This document shows, in pieces, positions 1 to 9,662 of a stretch of 64,000 nucleotides of DNA. The stretch is from the IMG/VR virus record IMGVR_UViG_3300021961_007031; one strand, given 5' to 3'. The stretch is from a virus. Below the pieces are notes generated by a model. The model made no database searches and had not been told where the DNA came from. It saw only the letters and a list, made by a program, of their open reading frames with translations. Position numbers and translations under genes: made by a program. Position 1 is the first letter of the stretch; every line of letters starts with the position of its first letter.

Positions 1-6
1 AACTGA

Positions 7-34
7 TTGACTCATTGTAGATTCATGCTATTAT
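7..34 (+). promoter_or_regulatory. sigma70-type promoter, probably giving a near-leaderless mRNA
   Basis: TTGACT(7-12)-N16-TATTAT(29-34) with TGn extended -10; ATG at 40 with no SD. Confidence 0.6.
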
Positions 35-39
35 AAAGT

Positions 40-624
40 ATGATAGAAAATAAGACAAAAATAATACTAACCGATTGTGATGGCGTACTTTTGAACTGGG
101 AGTACGCCTTTAATATTTGGATGGAAGGTCATGGATATTCCATGGTCGAGAACGGAAAGTTCATTTATAACATAGCAAAACGCTATGGCATAGAGCCTGA
201 AGAAGGTGTTAAATGCATCCGCTTTTTTAATGAAAGTGCTACTATAGGCTTTCTACCAGCATTACGAGACGCAGAACATTATGTGCGTTTACTAGGTAAC
301 CTGGGATATAGATTCCATGTTATTACAAGTTTAAGCAAAGATCCCAACGCACAGAGATTGCGTACACGCAACCTAGAAAAACTGTTTGGTAATGTGTTTG
401 ATAAGTTCATATACCTTGATACTGGTGAAGACAAAGATACTGTCCTAGCAGAGTATAAGGATAGTGGATTGTTATGGGTAGAAGACAAACCTGCAAATGC
501 TGAAGTTGGTCTCGAAATGGGATTGCGGAGTGTGGTCATGGAACACGCCTTCAATTTACATTATGAAGGCGTGGCTCCGTTTGTTAAGAATTGGGCTGAT
601 GTATATAAACTAATTACTAATTAG
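40..624 (+). CDS. HAD-superfamily 5'(3')-nucleotidase-like protein (T4 30.2-like)
   Basis: DCDGVL motif I and WVEDK motif IV. Confidence 0.75.
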   Translation: MIENKTKIILTDCDGVLLNWEYAFNIWMEGHGYSMVENGKFIYNIAKRYGIEPEEGVKCIRFFNESATIGFLPALRDAEHYVRLLGNLGYRFHVITSLSKDPNAQRLRTRNLEKLFGNVFDKFIYLDTGEDKDTVLAEYKDSGLLWVEDKPANAEVGLEMGLRSVVMEHAFNLHYEGVAPFVKNWADVYKLITN

Positions 625-1235
625 GGATTATCACCAAATGTACTGTAACTAATCTGTTCGTTAGGTACATGACTACGGAATTTTTCGGCTTCTGTAAATG
701 CTATTTCATATTCAGCAAAACTACAAGTGATCTGCTGAGAAACTACTCCGCCTTCAATTGTGACACCAACATTATTACCATTAGTTTCATTTTCAGCAGT
801 ACTTGTATACTTGAAATTAAAAACAGTATTAAAATTTGTAATATCAGTAAAATCTGTTATAGTTCCAGCTGGAGTTAAGTTTGGGCCATCAGTTGAACCC
901 TCAGGTATGGGAGTGTTATATGCTGCACTAATAAAAGTATTGCTACTTGGATTCTTATAAAGATATCCAATACGATGCAAACATAGGTTACGATCATCAT
1001 CAGCATCTACATAGTTGTCGTTTAACAATTCTACTTTGATTGTATGCCAAGCATCTGCTGCTGGAGTAACACTACTTGTTACATCATATACAAATAAATG
1101 TGGGGTAGTGTGATCATTGCTAGTAATTTCTACATTATCAGCAATTACAGCACCGTTAAATGAAAATCTTGCAAGTGCATTTTCAGAACCATTTGAATCC
1201 TGGTGTAATTGGAAAGCAATTTTATAGTCTGCCAT
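621..1235 (-). CDS. hypothetical protein with a possible Ca-dependent carbohydrate-binding module
   Basis: Beta-rich; IKVELLNDNY..DDDRNL resembles the CBM60-like NDx..DRNL motif; minus-strand TAAATA at 1269-1274. Confidence 0.4.
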   Translation of the reverse strand: MADYKIAFQLHQDSNGSENALARFSFNGAVIADNVEITSNDHTTPHLFVYDVTSSVTPAADAWHTIKVELLNDNYVDADDDRNLCLHRIGYLYKNPSSNTFISAAYNTPIPEGSTDGPNLTPAGTITDFTDITNFNTVFNFKYTSTAENETNGNNVGVTIEGGVVSQQITCSFAEYEIAFTEAEKFRSHVPNEQISYSTFGDNP

Positions 1236-1267
1236 GTTATGACTCCATTTTTAAACTAGTTTATATG

Positions 1268-1984
1268 TTATTTATCGCCATATATAGACAATACTTCACT
1301 TACAACTGGGTGTCTTTCTATATCAGTGTAGTTAAATTTAACAAACTGAATATATTGACTATTGGAATAGTTGTTAAACAAATTGCCAAAGTCTATAAGT
1401 CCATTCTGTGCTTCTCGGCGATCAGTTTGCTGAATATCACCAGTAACAGCCATACGACTGCCTTCACCAATACGAGTTAACAGCATTTTCATCTGATTGG
1501 GCGTAGCATTCTGCATTTCATCAGCAATAATAAAAGCATTCTTAAATGTGCGACCACGCATAAAGGCTAAGGGTGAAATTTCGATAACCATTTCTTCAAT
1601 CATATGTTTGATTTCTTTAGGAGAAAAATACTCCTGTATAACGTCAAATATAGGACGAGTCCAGGGTTCCATTTTACTGTTTAAGTCTCCAGGTAGAAAG
1701 CCATGTTTTTCATCATCAACACCCACTGCTGGGCGTGTGATAACAATTTTGTCTATTGTGCGTTCTTTCAATTCTTTTATAGCAGTCAGTACTGCAAGCA
1801 TTGTTTTACCAGTACCGGCAGGGCCCACTCCGAAGACTATTACATTATTTGGATCTAATAGTTTGGATATGTAGGTTTCCTGATTAAGGCTTCTAGGTAC
1901 CAGCAGCACTTTACCCTTGCGCTGGATATATTCGTCGATATTAATAATGTTAGTGTTTGGCTTTTGTCTGGTCTTGCGACTCAT
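1268..1984 (-). CDS. phoH: PhoH-family ATPase
   Basis: GPAGTGKT, ITRPAV, GFLPG, FMRGRTF, IADEMQN, TGDIQQTD, RHPVV. Confidence 0.95.
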   Translation of the reverse strand: MSRKTRQKPNTNIINIDEYIQRKGKVLLVPRSLNQETYISKLLDPNNVIVFGVGPAGTGKTMLAVLTAIKELKERTIDKIVITRPAVGVDDEKHGFLPGDLNSKMEPWTRPIFDVIQEYFSPKEIKHMIEEMVIEISPLAFMRGRTFKNAFIIADEMQNATPNQMKMLLTRIGEGSRMAVTGDIQQTDRREAQNGLIDFGNLFNNYSNSQYIQFVKFNYTDIERHPVVSEVLSIYGDK

Positions 1985-2057
1985 TAAGTTGTCCTCCGTT
2001 TGGAAATTGAGGACAAATGATCTCTGTAATGTAACAATAATAACGATCTGAGAGCAT
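1950..2057 (-). CDS. putative 35-aa leader ORF overlapping the phoH start (MLSDRYYCYITEIICPQFPNGGQLNESQDQTKAKH)
   Basis: Read by hand; AAGGAGG SD just upstream of the ATG; lies downstream of minus-strand TAAATA (2077-2082). Confidence 0.4.
   Translation of the reverse strand: MLSDRYYCYITEIICPQFPNGGQLNESQDQTKAKH
1989..2016 (-). promoter_or_regulatory. hairpin occluding the phoH SD
   Basis: Perfect 8-bp stem TTGTCCTC/GAGGACAA; on the mRNA the 3' arm carries most of the GGAGGA SD. Confidence 0.55.
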
Positions 2058-2109
2058 ATGCCCTCCTTTCGCCAAATATTTAACGCTGTAGATTAGGAAT
2101 TATATGGTG

Positions 2110-2886
2110 TTATTTGAGTTTCTTGTTGGCAAATGTATACAAATAACTGTCCACAAAATCCTGATGGGCTATTTCCTTAGGGTGTGTAGTGTAAAATGGA
2201 TAGCCAGTGTCATGTGCCCATTTAAAAAATCCTGGAAAATGATAAAAGTTATCATGATCTAGACTATCATATAAGTTTTGAATACTGGCGTCCCAGGCAA
2301 CATTTTTGTTGAAGATACATTCATCTACATAGGTAAAAATATACTTCTTATTTTTTTGTTTTAGCCAGTTCTGTAGGTAAATCATTTCTTTGAGTGTAGA
2401 ATAGACTTCCCAGTATTCGTTATCTCCAACATGTTTAAAATACATTTCACTAAAGTCTGCAAGTCCAGTACTCTGTGCTATTAACTGGCTCTTTTTATAA
2501 TGATTAAAAATATTTTCCTTAAAGTTTTGAAATGCTTCTAGGATTACATTCTGGTCTCGCTCATGCGTCCATGGACTAATACTGTACCAGGGACTGTCTT
2601 TTTCTAGCGTATCATAGTTAAATCGAAACTCAAATCTAGTAGGAAAACTCCACATAACTGCTACTACACTGTCAATGTTGCGTTTGTCCAGCTCACTGAC
2701 TGTGTTAATAATATTTCTAGCAATAGCCGGATTACTCCATCCGCCTTGCGCTACACAAATAAATTTCATTTTTAATTTGGCAGCTAAATACCCAGCCCAG
2801 GTTAACTCACTAGGAGACTGCGGCGTGCAATCCATAAGTTCATTGCCGTAGGTAAAACTATCCCCACCTGCTACAAAAATTGTCAT
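2110..2886 (-). CDS. SGNH/GDSL-like phage protein
   Basis: N-terminal GGDSFTYG, GWSN and C-terminal THP. Confidence 0.6.
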   Translation of the reverse strand: MTIFVAGGDSFTYGNELMDCTPQSPSELTWAGYLAAKLKMKFICVAQGGWSNPAIARNIINTVSELDKRNIDSVVAVMWSFPTRFEFRFNYDTLEKDSPWYSISPWTHERDQNVILEAFQNFKENIFNHYKKSQLIAQSTGLADFSEMYFKHVGDNEYWEVYSTLKEMIYLQNWLKQKNKKYIFTYVDECIFNKNVAWDASIQNLYDSLDHDNFYHFPGFFKWAHDTGYPFYTTHPKEIAHQDFVDSYLYTFANKKLK

Positions 2887-2926
2887 TGATTCTTCAGTTA
2901 TTATATGCTATTATTATAAATATTTA
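2886..2926. promoter_or_regulatory. divergent promoter region: sigma70-like site plus back-to-back late TAAATA elements
   Basis: TTGATT(2886-2891)-N17-TATTAT(2909-2914); palindrome TAAATATTTA at 2917-2926 between divergent genes. Confidence 0.55.
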
Positions 2927-2937
2927 GTGGAGTTGCC

Positions 2938-3615
2938 ATGAACCTAAAAATTCTTAATGAAGTAGAACATATGTTACAGACTAGCCCACAGGCTGTTCGT
3001 AATCATCAAAAACTTAAACAATTAGTGCGTGGTATATTTGATGTAGAGTTAGAAAGCTCTATGTTTACCACTGTATATGATCTAACAGAAGAAATTGATA
3101 GACTTGTATTACACAAGTACTTTGGTGAAGTATGGCAGCCTGAAACTAAAAAGTTTAAGTATAGTGGCTTAAAAGTTGTAGAGGAAGTAAACAGTTTAAA
3201 TCCTCGTGCGGTACTGGATATTGGTTGTGGTTATAACGAGTTTAAAACACAGATTCCTAATTTGATAGGTATTGATCCCTATAATACAGCAGCAGATCTA
3301 CAAGTTGATCTATTAAGTTTTAAAACCGATACGAAGTTCGATGTAGTAATAGCACTAGGTAGTATTAACTTTGGCAGCACAGACAAAGTGTTTGCTGAGT
3401 TAGAAAAAGCAGTAAGTCTATGTGCGCCAGGCGCTGTAATGTTCTTTAGAGTGAATCCAGGCCATCAGCACGACAAGCCTGAAGCCAAGTGGATTACATT
3501 TTATCCCTGGAACTCTAACTTTATTGTTAACTGTGCAGATCATTTCAATGTAGATGTGCTAGACCTTCGTAACGATTCAAATAATAGAATGTATTTTGTT
3601 TGGCGTACAAGGTAA
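2938..3615 (+). CDS. class I SAM-dependent methyltransferase
   Basis: VLDIGCG motif I, IGIDP, FDVVIALGS. Confidence 0.8.
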   Translation: MNLKILNEVEHMLQTSPQAVRNHQKLKQLVRGIFDVELESSMFTTVYDLTEEIDRLVLHKYFGEVWQPETKKFKYSGLKVVEEVNSLNPRAVLDIGCGYNEFKTQIPNLIGIDPYNTAADLQVDLLSFKTDTKFDVVIALGSINFGSTDKVFAELEKAVSLCAPGAVMFFRVNPGHQHDKPEAKWITFYPWNSNFIVNCADHFNVDVLDLRNDSNNRMYFVWRTR

Positions 3616-3621
3616 TATTGA

Positions 3622-4476
3622 ATGGTATTTAAAAGAAAGTCACAAAATTTAAAATTATTAGTTGATCCTGTGCCGTTGCTAGAATTTAAAAAAAATCTAG
3701 TTACTAACTATTGCGGCTCTGACACATCTACTACATGTTTGGAACCGGATTGGTGGAAAACATGTCCTGTACAAGATTTTAATTATCAATTTAATAGTTG
3801 GGGATTTAGAGGACCTGAATATGACCAATATTTAGGAAAGCCAGTGAACATATGCTTGGGGGATAGTGCTACCGTAAACATTGGTGGCCCAGTAGAACAT
3901 AGCTGGCCTAGTCTACTACAGAAGCATTACGATATTCCATGTTTGAATTTTGGGATGGAGGCAGCAGGTAATGATGCAATAAAACTGGTTTATGATAGAG
4001 CTTGCCAGATATTTGATGTTAAAAAAACTTTTGTTGTTTATTCCTTCTTTCATAGAAGACTAGAAAATAATATTTTTATTAGTGAACCACATAACCATGT
4101 AGATAACATAGCCCATTTTAAAAAACATTTTATTAAGGACGCCTATTATAATTTTTTACCTTATTGGTTTTATAATGAAGAAGAATTAAATTATATTGGT
4201 AACTTATCACAGTCTTATTTAAGTATAGAAGAACAATATTGGGAGGACAGTATTCCTAGAAGTTTTTGTCTAAAGAAACAGTATAATATTTTAAAAGGAA
4301 ATGACTGGCCTTCTTATGAAGATTTTATTTTAGGAGCCACCCCACATCCTGATATTTACACTACAGAATGTAGGTTGTTAACTTATTATTTAAGGAACAG
4401 GGACGGCGTCCATCTTAGTCTGTATGCAAACCATAAATTGGCAGACAACTTATACGAGCAAAGTAAATTATGCTAA
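3622..4476 (+). CDS. SGNH-like protein, tandem paralog 1
   Basis: NSWGFRG, CLGDS, NRDGVH; strongly similar to the next ORF. Confidence 0.6.
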   Translation: MVFKRKSQNLKLLVDPVPLLEFKKNLVTNYCGSDTSTTCLEPDWWKTCPVQDFNYQFNSWGFRGPEYDQYLGKPVNICLGDSATVNIGGPVEHSWPSLLQKHYDIPCLNFGMEAAGNDAIKLVYDRACQIFDVKKTFVVYSFFHRRLENNIFISEPHNHVDNIAHFKKHFIKDAYYNFLPYWFYNEEELNYIGNLSQSYLSIEEQYWEDSIPRSFCLKKQYNILKGNDWPSYEDFILGATPHPDIYTTECRLLTYYLRNRDGVHLSLYANHKLADNLYEQSKLC

Positions 4477-5312
4477 TCAATGATTTAGAATGTTTTGAAA
4501 GAGCATCACACTATATAAAAAAATATAGTCTATCAGACACCATCGATGGATGTATGGATAAGTATTGGTTTAAGAACTATCCTGTCCAAAACTATGATTA
4601 CTATTATAACAGTTGGGGTTTTAGGGGACCAGAATATATTCAACATATAGGAAAACCAGTCAACTTATGTTTAGGAGACAGTTTTACAGTTAATATAGGC
4701 GGCCCTATAGAGCATAGTTGGCCCAGTTTGTTACAAGAAAAATATGACATACCTTGTTTAAACTTAGGCATGGATGGCGCTGGAAATGACGCTATAAGAT
4801 TAGTTTATAATAGAGCATGTAAGATATTCGATGTAAAGGAAACATTTGTAGTTTATAGTTTTTTTCACAGACGTTTAAAAAAATGTTTTTGGCAGCCATA
4901 TGAATATAAGTTTTCAAGCCAACCTCATGATCATGAAGAAAATATTAAACACTTTGAAACAAATTTTATTGATGAAGCACATTTTAATTTTGTACCTCCT
5001 TGGGGTTGGACAGAGGAAGAGTTACAGTATATTGAAAAACTATCTGAATGGTACATTGAAGACCTTGTTAAAGACACTTACTGGAACAATGATCTGCCTA
5101 GAAAATATTGTTCAAAAGAGCATTATGATAATCTAAAAGGTGAAAATTGGCCGTCATATGAGAAATTTATTTTAGGTGCAGACCCACATCCAGATATATA
5201 TGTTGAACCCTATAGAGTAAGATATCTAGAGCATTGTAATAGAGATGGATATCATTTAAGTTTAGCGGCGAATCAAAAATTAGCCGACAACTTATACAAC
5301 CAAACTAAATAA
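4470..5312 (+). CDS. SGNH-like protein, tandem paralog 2
   Basis: NSWGFRG, CLGDSF, NRDGYH. Confidence 0.6.
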   Translation: MLINDLECFERASHYIKKYSLSDTIDGCMDKYWFKNYPVQNYDYYYNSWGFRGPEYIQHIGKPVNLCLGDSFTVNIGGPIEHSWPSLLQEKYDIPCLNLGMDGAGNDAIRLVYNRACKIFDVKETFVVYSFFHRRLKKCFWQPYEYKFSSQPHDHEENIKHFETNFIDEAHFNFVPPWGWTEEELQYIEKLSEWYIEDLVKDTYWNNDLPRKYCSKEHYDNLKGENWPSYEKFILGADPHPDIYVEPYRVRYLEHCNRDGYHLSLAANQKLADNLYNQTK

Positions 5313-5368
5313 AGACGGTAACGCTGACTGTGGTCAAGTTCACCGACTATCTCAAAAAGGAAAAAATC

Positions 5369-5896
5369 ATGTTACCCCGAAGACATTTCTTCACGGGGGT
5401 GCCTGGTAGTCGCTGGAGTGGCGTTAGCCAAGAAATAGAGTCCAACGACCTCTACGACACATCAGACCGCACACCCGAACGCACTTATTCACATAGCGAA
5501 TATTCAGGACATGTTGGAGCATACTTTGGCACTGGCATGGAATTTCCTGCAGACCTCTCTCCGGAAAACTTGGACGCACCCTACACTGGCACTGGCTGTA
5601 GGTTGCATAAAAGTCATGAGTGGGCGTATAAACTCAACAAGATAGTAAAAATGTATCCTGACTCCTGGATTACACTTGTATACAGACCAAACGAAGCAAG
5701 TTTTGATTGGTGGAAACAAGCAGGAGGATGGAATATTACATACCCCAATTATGATTTTTATGTGGATGATGCAGGCATGCGTAGACACATAGCAATTATG
5801 AATGATTGTATTGCAAAGTTTGCGGGCAAGCACCATTTAAAATGGAAGCAAATATTAAAACACAAGGATGTTTATGTAGCAACATGGAAACCCTAG
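5369..5896 (+). CDS. hypothetical protein, sulfotransferase/P-loop-like N-terminus
   Basis: FFTGVPGSRWSGV; ATG at 5369 follows AAGGA; TAAATA at 5306-5311. Confidence 0.45.
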   Translation: MLPRRHFFTGVPGSRWSGVSQEIESNDLYDTSDRTPERTYSHSEYSGHVGAYFGTGMEFPADLSPENLDAPYTGTGCRLHKSHEWAYKLNKIVKMYPDSWITLVYRPNEASFDWWKQAGGWNITYPNYDFYVDDAGMRRHIAIMNDCIAKFAGKHHLKWKQILKHKDVYVATWKP

Positions 5897-7308
5897 TAGC
5901 ACTCATAGCCGGAACCCTATACGGACTTGTAATTGGTATTATACCCAGTGCAGGTGCCACTACGGGTTTGGTTGCACTATTTGGGGTAATACATTACTTT
6001 GTTAGTGAGCCCTATTTGGGTGTAGTGTTTCTAATGGCAGTTGTTGCTGCAAGTACAACAGGTGATAGTTTTACAGGTATACTGCTGGGCATACCAGGTG
6101 CTAATAGTGCTGCTGCAACAATGGTAGATGGGTTTCCACTAGCACAACAGGGCAGAGCAAGTTATGCTATTAGTGCCGCAGTCACTACAAGCACTGTAAA
6201 TGGTTTACTCTGGGGATGTTTGGTGTTCCTATTACTCCCCTGGTATAGCAACTTACTAATGATATTAGGCATACCTGAATTGTGGGCATTTGTAGTTCTT
6301 GCACTTGCCACAGTAGGGTTTGTTAGTAATAGTTTTTGGATAAGAAGTTTAGTAGCAATAGGTGCTGGTATATTTTTAGGGCTAGTAGGTGTAGATCCAG
6401 AAACAAACGCTCCTCGTTTTACTCTGGGTTGGTTTTATCTACAGGATGGACTACAGTTAATGCCGGTAGTTGCTGGACTTTTTGCTATACCAGAATTAGT
6501 AGCAGGACTACAGCGTACAAGTACGGCTAGAATTGTTCACAGTGAAATTTGGTTAGGAATGCGAGTAACCTGGGAAAACCGTTGGTTAGCCTTGCGTGGC
6601 GGCTTTATTGGTGCCTTTATTGGACTACTACCAGGACTAGGCGGCGCAATGGCGGACTGGATGGCATATGGTAGCGCAGTTGCAGCAAACCCTAAAGAAC
6701 ATTTTGGCCATGGAAATATCAAAGGTGTTATAGGACCAGAAGGTGCTAACAATGCACAAAAAGCCACAAGTATGATACCTACAGTGTTATTTGGTATTCC
6801 TGGCGCACCATTTGCTGCGGTACTGATGTCATTGTTTATGTACTTAAACTTTGAACTAGGCACACCCGACATTGCTCAGGATATAGAATTTTTTACTAGT
6901 ATGAGTTTTGGTTTCCTAGCAGCAACAGTACTAGTAGCAGTACTGTGTATAATACTAATGAAACCAATTACAAGAATCTGCACAGTGCCCTACAAGTATT
7001 ATTTTCCAGTGCTGCTACTGGTAATAGTTTGGGCAAGTATGCAGTATACAGGCGGATGGGAAGATTTTGCAATATTAGCAGCATTTAGTGTATTAGGTAT
7101 ATTATGTAAACATTATAAGTTTAGTAGGCCTGCACTTTTACTGGCTTTTATACTTGCAGACAAGATTGAGAGTTTTACCCTACAACTCACAAGTCTTTAC
7201 ACGGTAGGGGATTTAATTACAAGGCCCGTGTTCCTAGTTATTATGCTGGCAACCCTGGGCATCTTTGCATACAGTTTGAAGAGAAAAGGATCAATCAATT
7301 ATGCGTAA
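5884..7308 (+). CDS. tctA: tripartite tricarboxylate transporter large permease TctA
   Basis: Polytopic; GIPG, ATMVDGFPLAQQG, GLLPGLG, PEGANNA, LFGIPG; likely start ATG 5884. Confidence 0.9.
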   Translation: METLVALIAGTLYGLVIGIIPSAGATTGLVALFGVIHYFVSEPYLGVVFLMAVVAASTTGDSFTGILLGIPGANSAAATMVDGFPLAQQGRASYAISAAVTTSTVNGLLWGCLVFLLLPWYSNLLMILGIPELWAFVVLALATVGFVSNSFWIRSLVAIGAGIFLGLVGVDPETNAPRFTLGWFYLQDGLQLMPVVAGLFAIPELVAGLQRTSTARIVHSEIWLGMRVTWENRWLALRGGFIGAFIGLLPGLGGAMADWMAYGSAVAANPKEHFGHGNIKGVIGPEGANNAQKATSMIPTVLFGIPGAPFAAVLMSLFMYLNFELGTPDIAQDIEFFTSMSFGFLAATVLVAVLCIILMKPITRICTVPYKYYFPVLLLVIVWASMQYTGGWEDFAILAAFSVLGILCKHYKFSRPALLLAFILADKIESFTLQLTSLYTVGDLITRPVFLVIMLATLGIFAYSLKRKGSINYA

Positions 7309-8344
7309 ATTATTATTAACACTAGCACTAGTGTTTGGTGTCTCACCAGCACTAGCAGATTATACACTCGTTGTACCACAAAAGCCAGGTGGCGGTACAA
7401 GTGTCTGGGCACAAATTGTTGCCACAGAATGGGAAAAGCATCTAGGCGAAAAGATTGTTATTAAGCACATTCCAGGTGCTAGAGACATTCCAGGCTTTAA
7501 TGAGTTCCATAACGAACTACAAAAAGACCCAAAGACTATTATGGTATCACATGGGGGTAATGGCGTAAGTTTTCTACAGGAAAAAGTAGACTACAATTAT
7601 GCTGAGTATGACAGCGTAGGTTTAATGAACTTGGATATTATTTCCGGTATTCGTAAAGACTACAAGGCTGGCGAAAAGATTAAGTTTGCGGCTGGATCAG
7701 GTATGGTACCAGAAGGACTTGCTATTGCACAGTTACTTTGTGGCAACTTGGATAGTTTAGACGCATACACAGCCTGCTTTAACGAAAAAGTTACCTGGGT
7801 TCCAGGTATGAGTGGCGGAGAGCGTAGACTAGCATTCAAGCGTGGAGAACTAAACGGCACAAGAGAAAATCCAGCAGCATACAAGAAGCATGTAGAGTCC
7901 AACGCAGATGCACAACTTTGGTTTACACATGGCATTCTACAAAAAGATGGGTCACATGCTGATGACCCTAACTATCCAGGATACCAGTTTGAGATCTTAT
8001 TTGAAAAGCAATGGGGAGAAAAGCCCAACAATGTGCTTTATCCTGCTTACAAACTAGTTAAAAGTTTCCGTGATGGTTTACAAAAAGCATTTTGGGTTAG
8101 TAAAGACAATCCCAATTTGGACCATTTGCGTAAGACACTTACAGCAATGACTCGTGATCCTGCAAGTGCTGCCGCTATCCAAAAGAATGTTGGCAATTAT
8201 GAATGGCTAGTTGGTGATGCTGGTAACAAACAGCGTGACACTCTAATGACATTTATTACAGCAGATGCACTAAAAACACTAGTAGATTTTAACACCAGTG
8301 CTTTTGGTTTAGAAAGTGTTTACAAGCCAGAACTAGTTCAGTAA
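7301..8344 (+). CDS. tctC: TctC/Bug-like periplasmic substrate-binding protein (divergent)
   Basis: Signal peptide, LVVPQKPGGGT, VPGMSGG..AFKRGEL; adjacent to tctA. Confidence 0.75.
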   Translation: MRKLLLTLALVFGVSPALADYTLVVPQKPGGGTSVWAQIVATEWEKHLGEKIVIKHIPGARDIPGFNEFHNELQKDPKTIMVSHGGNGVSFLQEKVDYNYAEYDSVGLMNLDIISGIRKDYKAGEKIKFAAGSGMVPEGLAIAQLLCGNLDSLDAYTACFNEKVTWVPGMSGGERRLAFKRGELNGTRENPAAYKKHVESNADAQLWFTHGILQKDGSHADDPNYPGYQFEILFEKQWGEKPNNVLYPAYKLVKSFRDGLQKAFWVSKDNPNLDHLRKTLTAMTRDPASAAAIQKNVGNYEWLVGDAGNKQRDTLMTFITADALKTLVDFNTSAFGLESVYKPELVQ

Positions 8345-8562
8345 TGGTAGTATATATCAAGTATGCCAGTGCAGTGACCATCCTTTGTGCGATGGTCCTG
8401 CATGTTTCTGGTATTACACCCTGGAACAGCGTCCTACAAATGATAGGCGCAAGTGGTTGGATATATGTAGGCTGGCGCTGGAACGAAAAAGCAATTATTC
8501 TTAACTTCCTGCCACAGTTCTTCATTATAATTCCTATGCTGGTATACCTTTACTGGGCATAA
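8344..8562 (+). CDS. small 3-TM membrane protein
   Basis: Hydrophobic; coupled to the tctC stop; similar to 33687..33911. Confidence 0.6.
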   Translation: MVVYIKYASAVTILCAMVLHVSGITPWNSVLQMIGASGWIYVGWRWNEKAIILNFLPQFFIIIPMLVYLYWA

Positions 8563-8589
8563 ATACACTTATAAGGCAGGTACATTACT

Positions 8590-9117
8590 ATGGACATTAA
8601 ACAAGTTGTAGAAAACACCAAGAAAATATATATGAGTGAAAGTAGTCTTGAATTGCTCATGGACTTTGAGCGTGTTCTTGACGAAGTAGACCTGTATGCG
8701 TTTAAAAACTGGAAGCGTGGAGAACTTGTTGAAGGGCCAATCAAAACTAAACACTGGGTAGAATGTACCTTTATGTACCCACAAAAGTTTATGCCTGATC
8801 CAGATGGTGGCAAGCGTTTATTGGGCTATCATGCTATTGTAGAGTACAGGAAAGATAAACTTACAACACCAGTAAAAGTTGAAGATTATAGTGATTTTAG
8901 ACCTGGAACTAAAAAACCAAAACTAAAGGAAGATCCTGTTTGGTTAGTTAAGATCCGTATGCCAGCAGAACTAGTAAAAGACGCACAAGAGGGCTTTGTA
9001 GAACTAGAGGGCAAAGAAATAGACTTGAGCGAACTAGACCAAGCATATGATGAGGGTGTTCAGGACAGTGGTGATATTATGAATCAACAACAAGTTACAC
9101 CTGGAGTACCACAATGA
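8590..9117 (+). CDS. hypothetical phage protein
   Basis: Clean ORF after TAAATA (8560-8565). Confidence 0.6.
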   Translation: MDIKQVVENTKKIYMSESSLELLMDFERVLDEVDLYAFKNWKRGELVEGPIKTKHWVECTFMYPQKFMPDPDGGKRLLGYHAIVEYRKDKLTTPVKVEDYSDFRPGTKKPKLKEDPVWLVKIRMPAELVKDAQEGFVELEGKEIDLSELDQAYDEGVQDSGDIMNQQQVTPGVPQ

Positions 9118-9662
9118 CCCAGATCACTGAAGGTTTAGAGCGTGATGATCTAGTAGACAGAGTGCAACCTAAAGTGCACTTTGACGAATTTGCTCCTAAA
9201 ATGGGCAGTGATGATCAGGTTATTGTAAGCAGTTTTATGGTATTGGGCCAGGATGCTGCATATGATTTAGAAAACTTTTTAGAAAAAGGTTATCCATGGA
9301 TATTGGACGCCGAGACCAGTGCTGGCGAAAAAGAACCAGGTTACTATATTGTGTTTGTAGAAGCAGAGCGTAGAACCGGGTTTCCAGAAAAGTTCATGAG
9401 TTTAATAGGCGATTTACAAAACATTACTGGCATTAAACCTAGTGATTGGATTATGAAATACTATCAGGGCACAAGACGTGATCCCAAGTATAAACTTACA
9501 AGCCAGAATATTATTACACACGTACCGCTAAGTCCGAGAAAATATAGACAAAACAAAGAATCAGAAAACATGCTAGAGAGCATGCTAAACATAGCAAGAG
9601 TTCCACGAAAACAAGGTGATACACATGAATTTAGACAATCTCAGAAAACAGCTAGAAATTGA
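9114..9662 (+). CDS. hypothetical phage protein
   Basis: ATGA-coupled to the upstream ORF. Confidence 0.6.
   Translation: MTQITEGLERDDLVDRVQPKVHFDEFAPKMGSDDQVIVSSFMVLGQDAAYDLENFLEKGYPWILDAETSAGEKEPGYYIVFVEAERRTGFPEKFMSLIGDLQNITGIKPSDWIMKYYQGTRRDPKYKLTSQNIITHVPLSPRKYRQNKESENMLESMLNIARVPRKQGDTHEFRQSQKTARN

Noticed and set aside
2024-2044. Pho box upstream of phoH (TGTAATGTAACAATAATAAC)
   Set aside because: It lacks the clean 11-bp periodicity seen at pstS and lies within the predicted transcript.
5806-5883. N-terminal extensions in the ORF track (5806, 40691, 14925, 18967, 12562)
   Set aside because: Downstream ATGs have better SD, coupling or domain starts.
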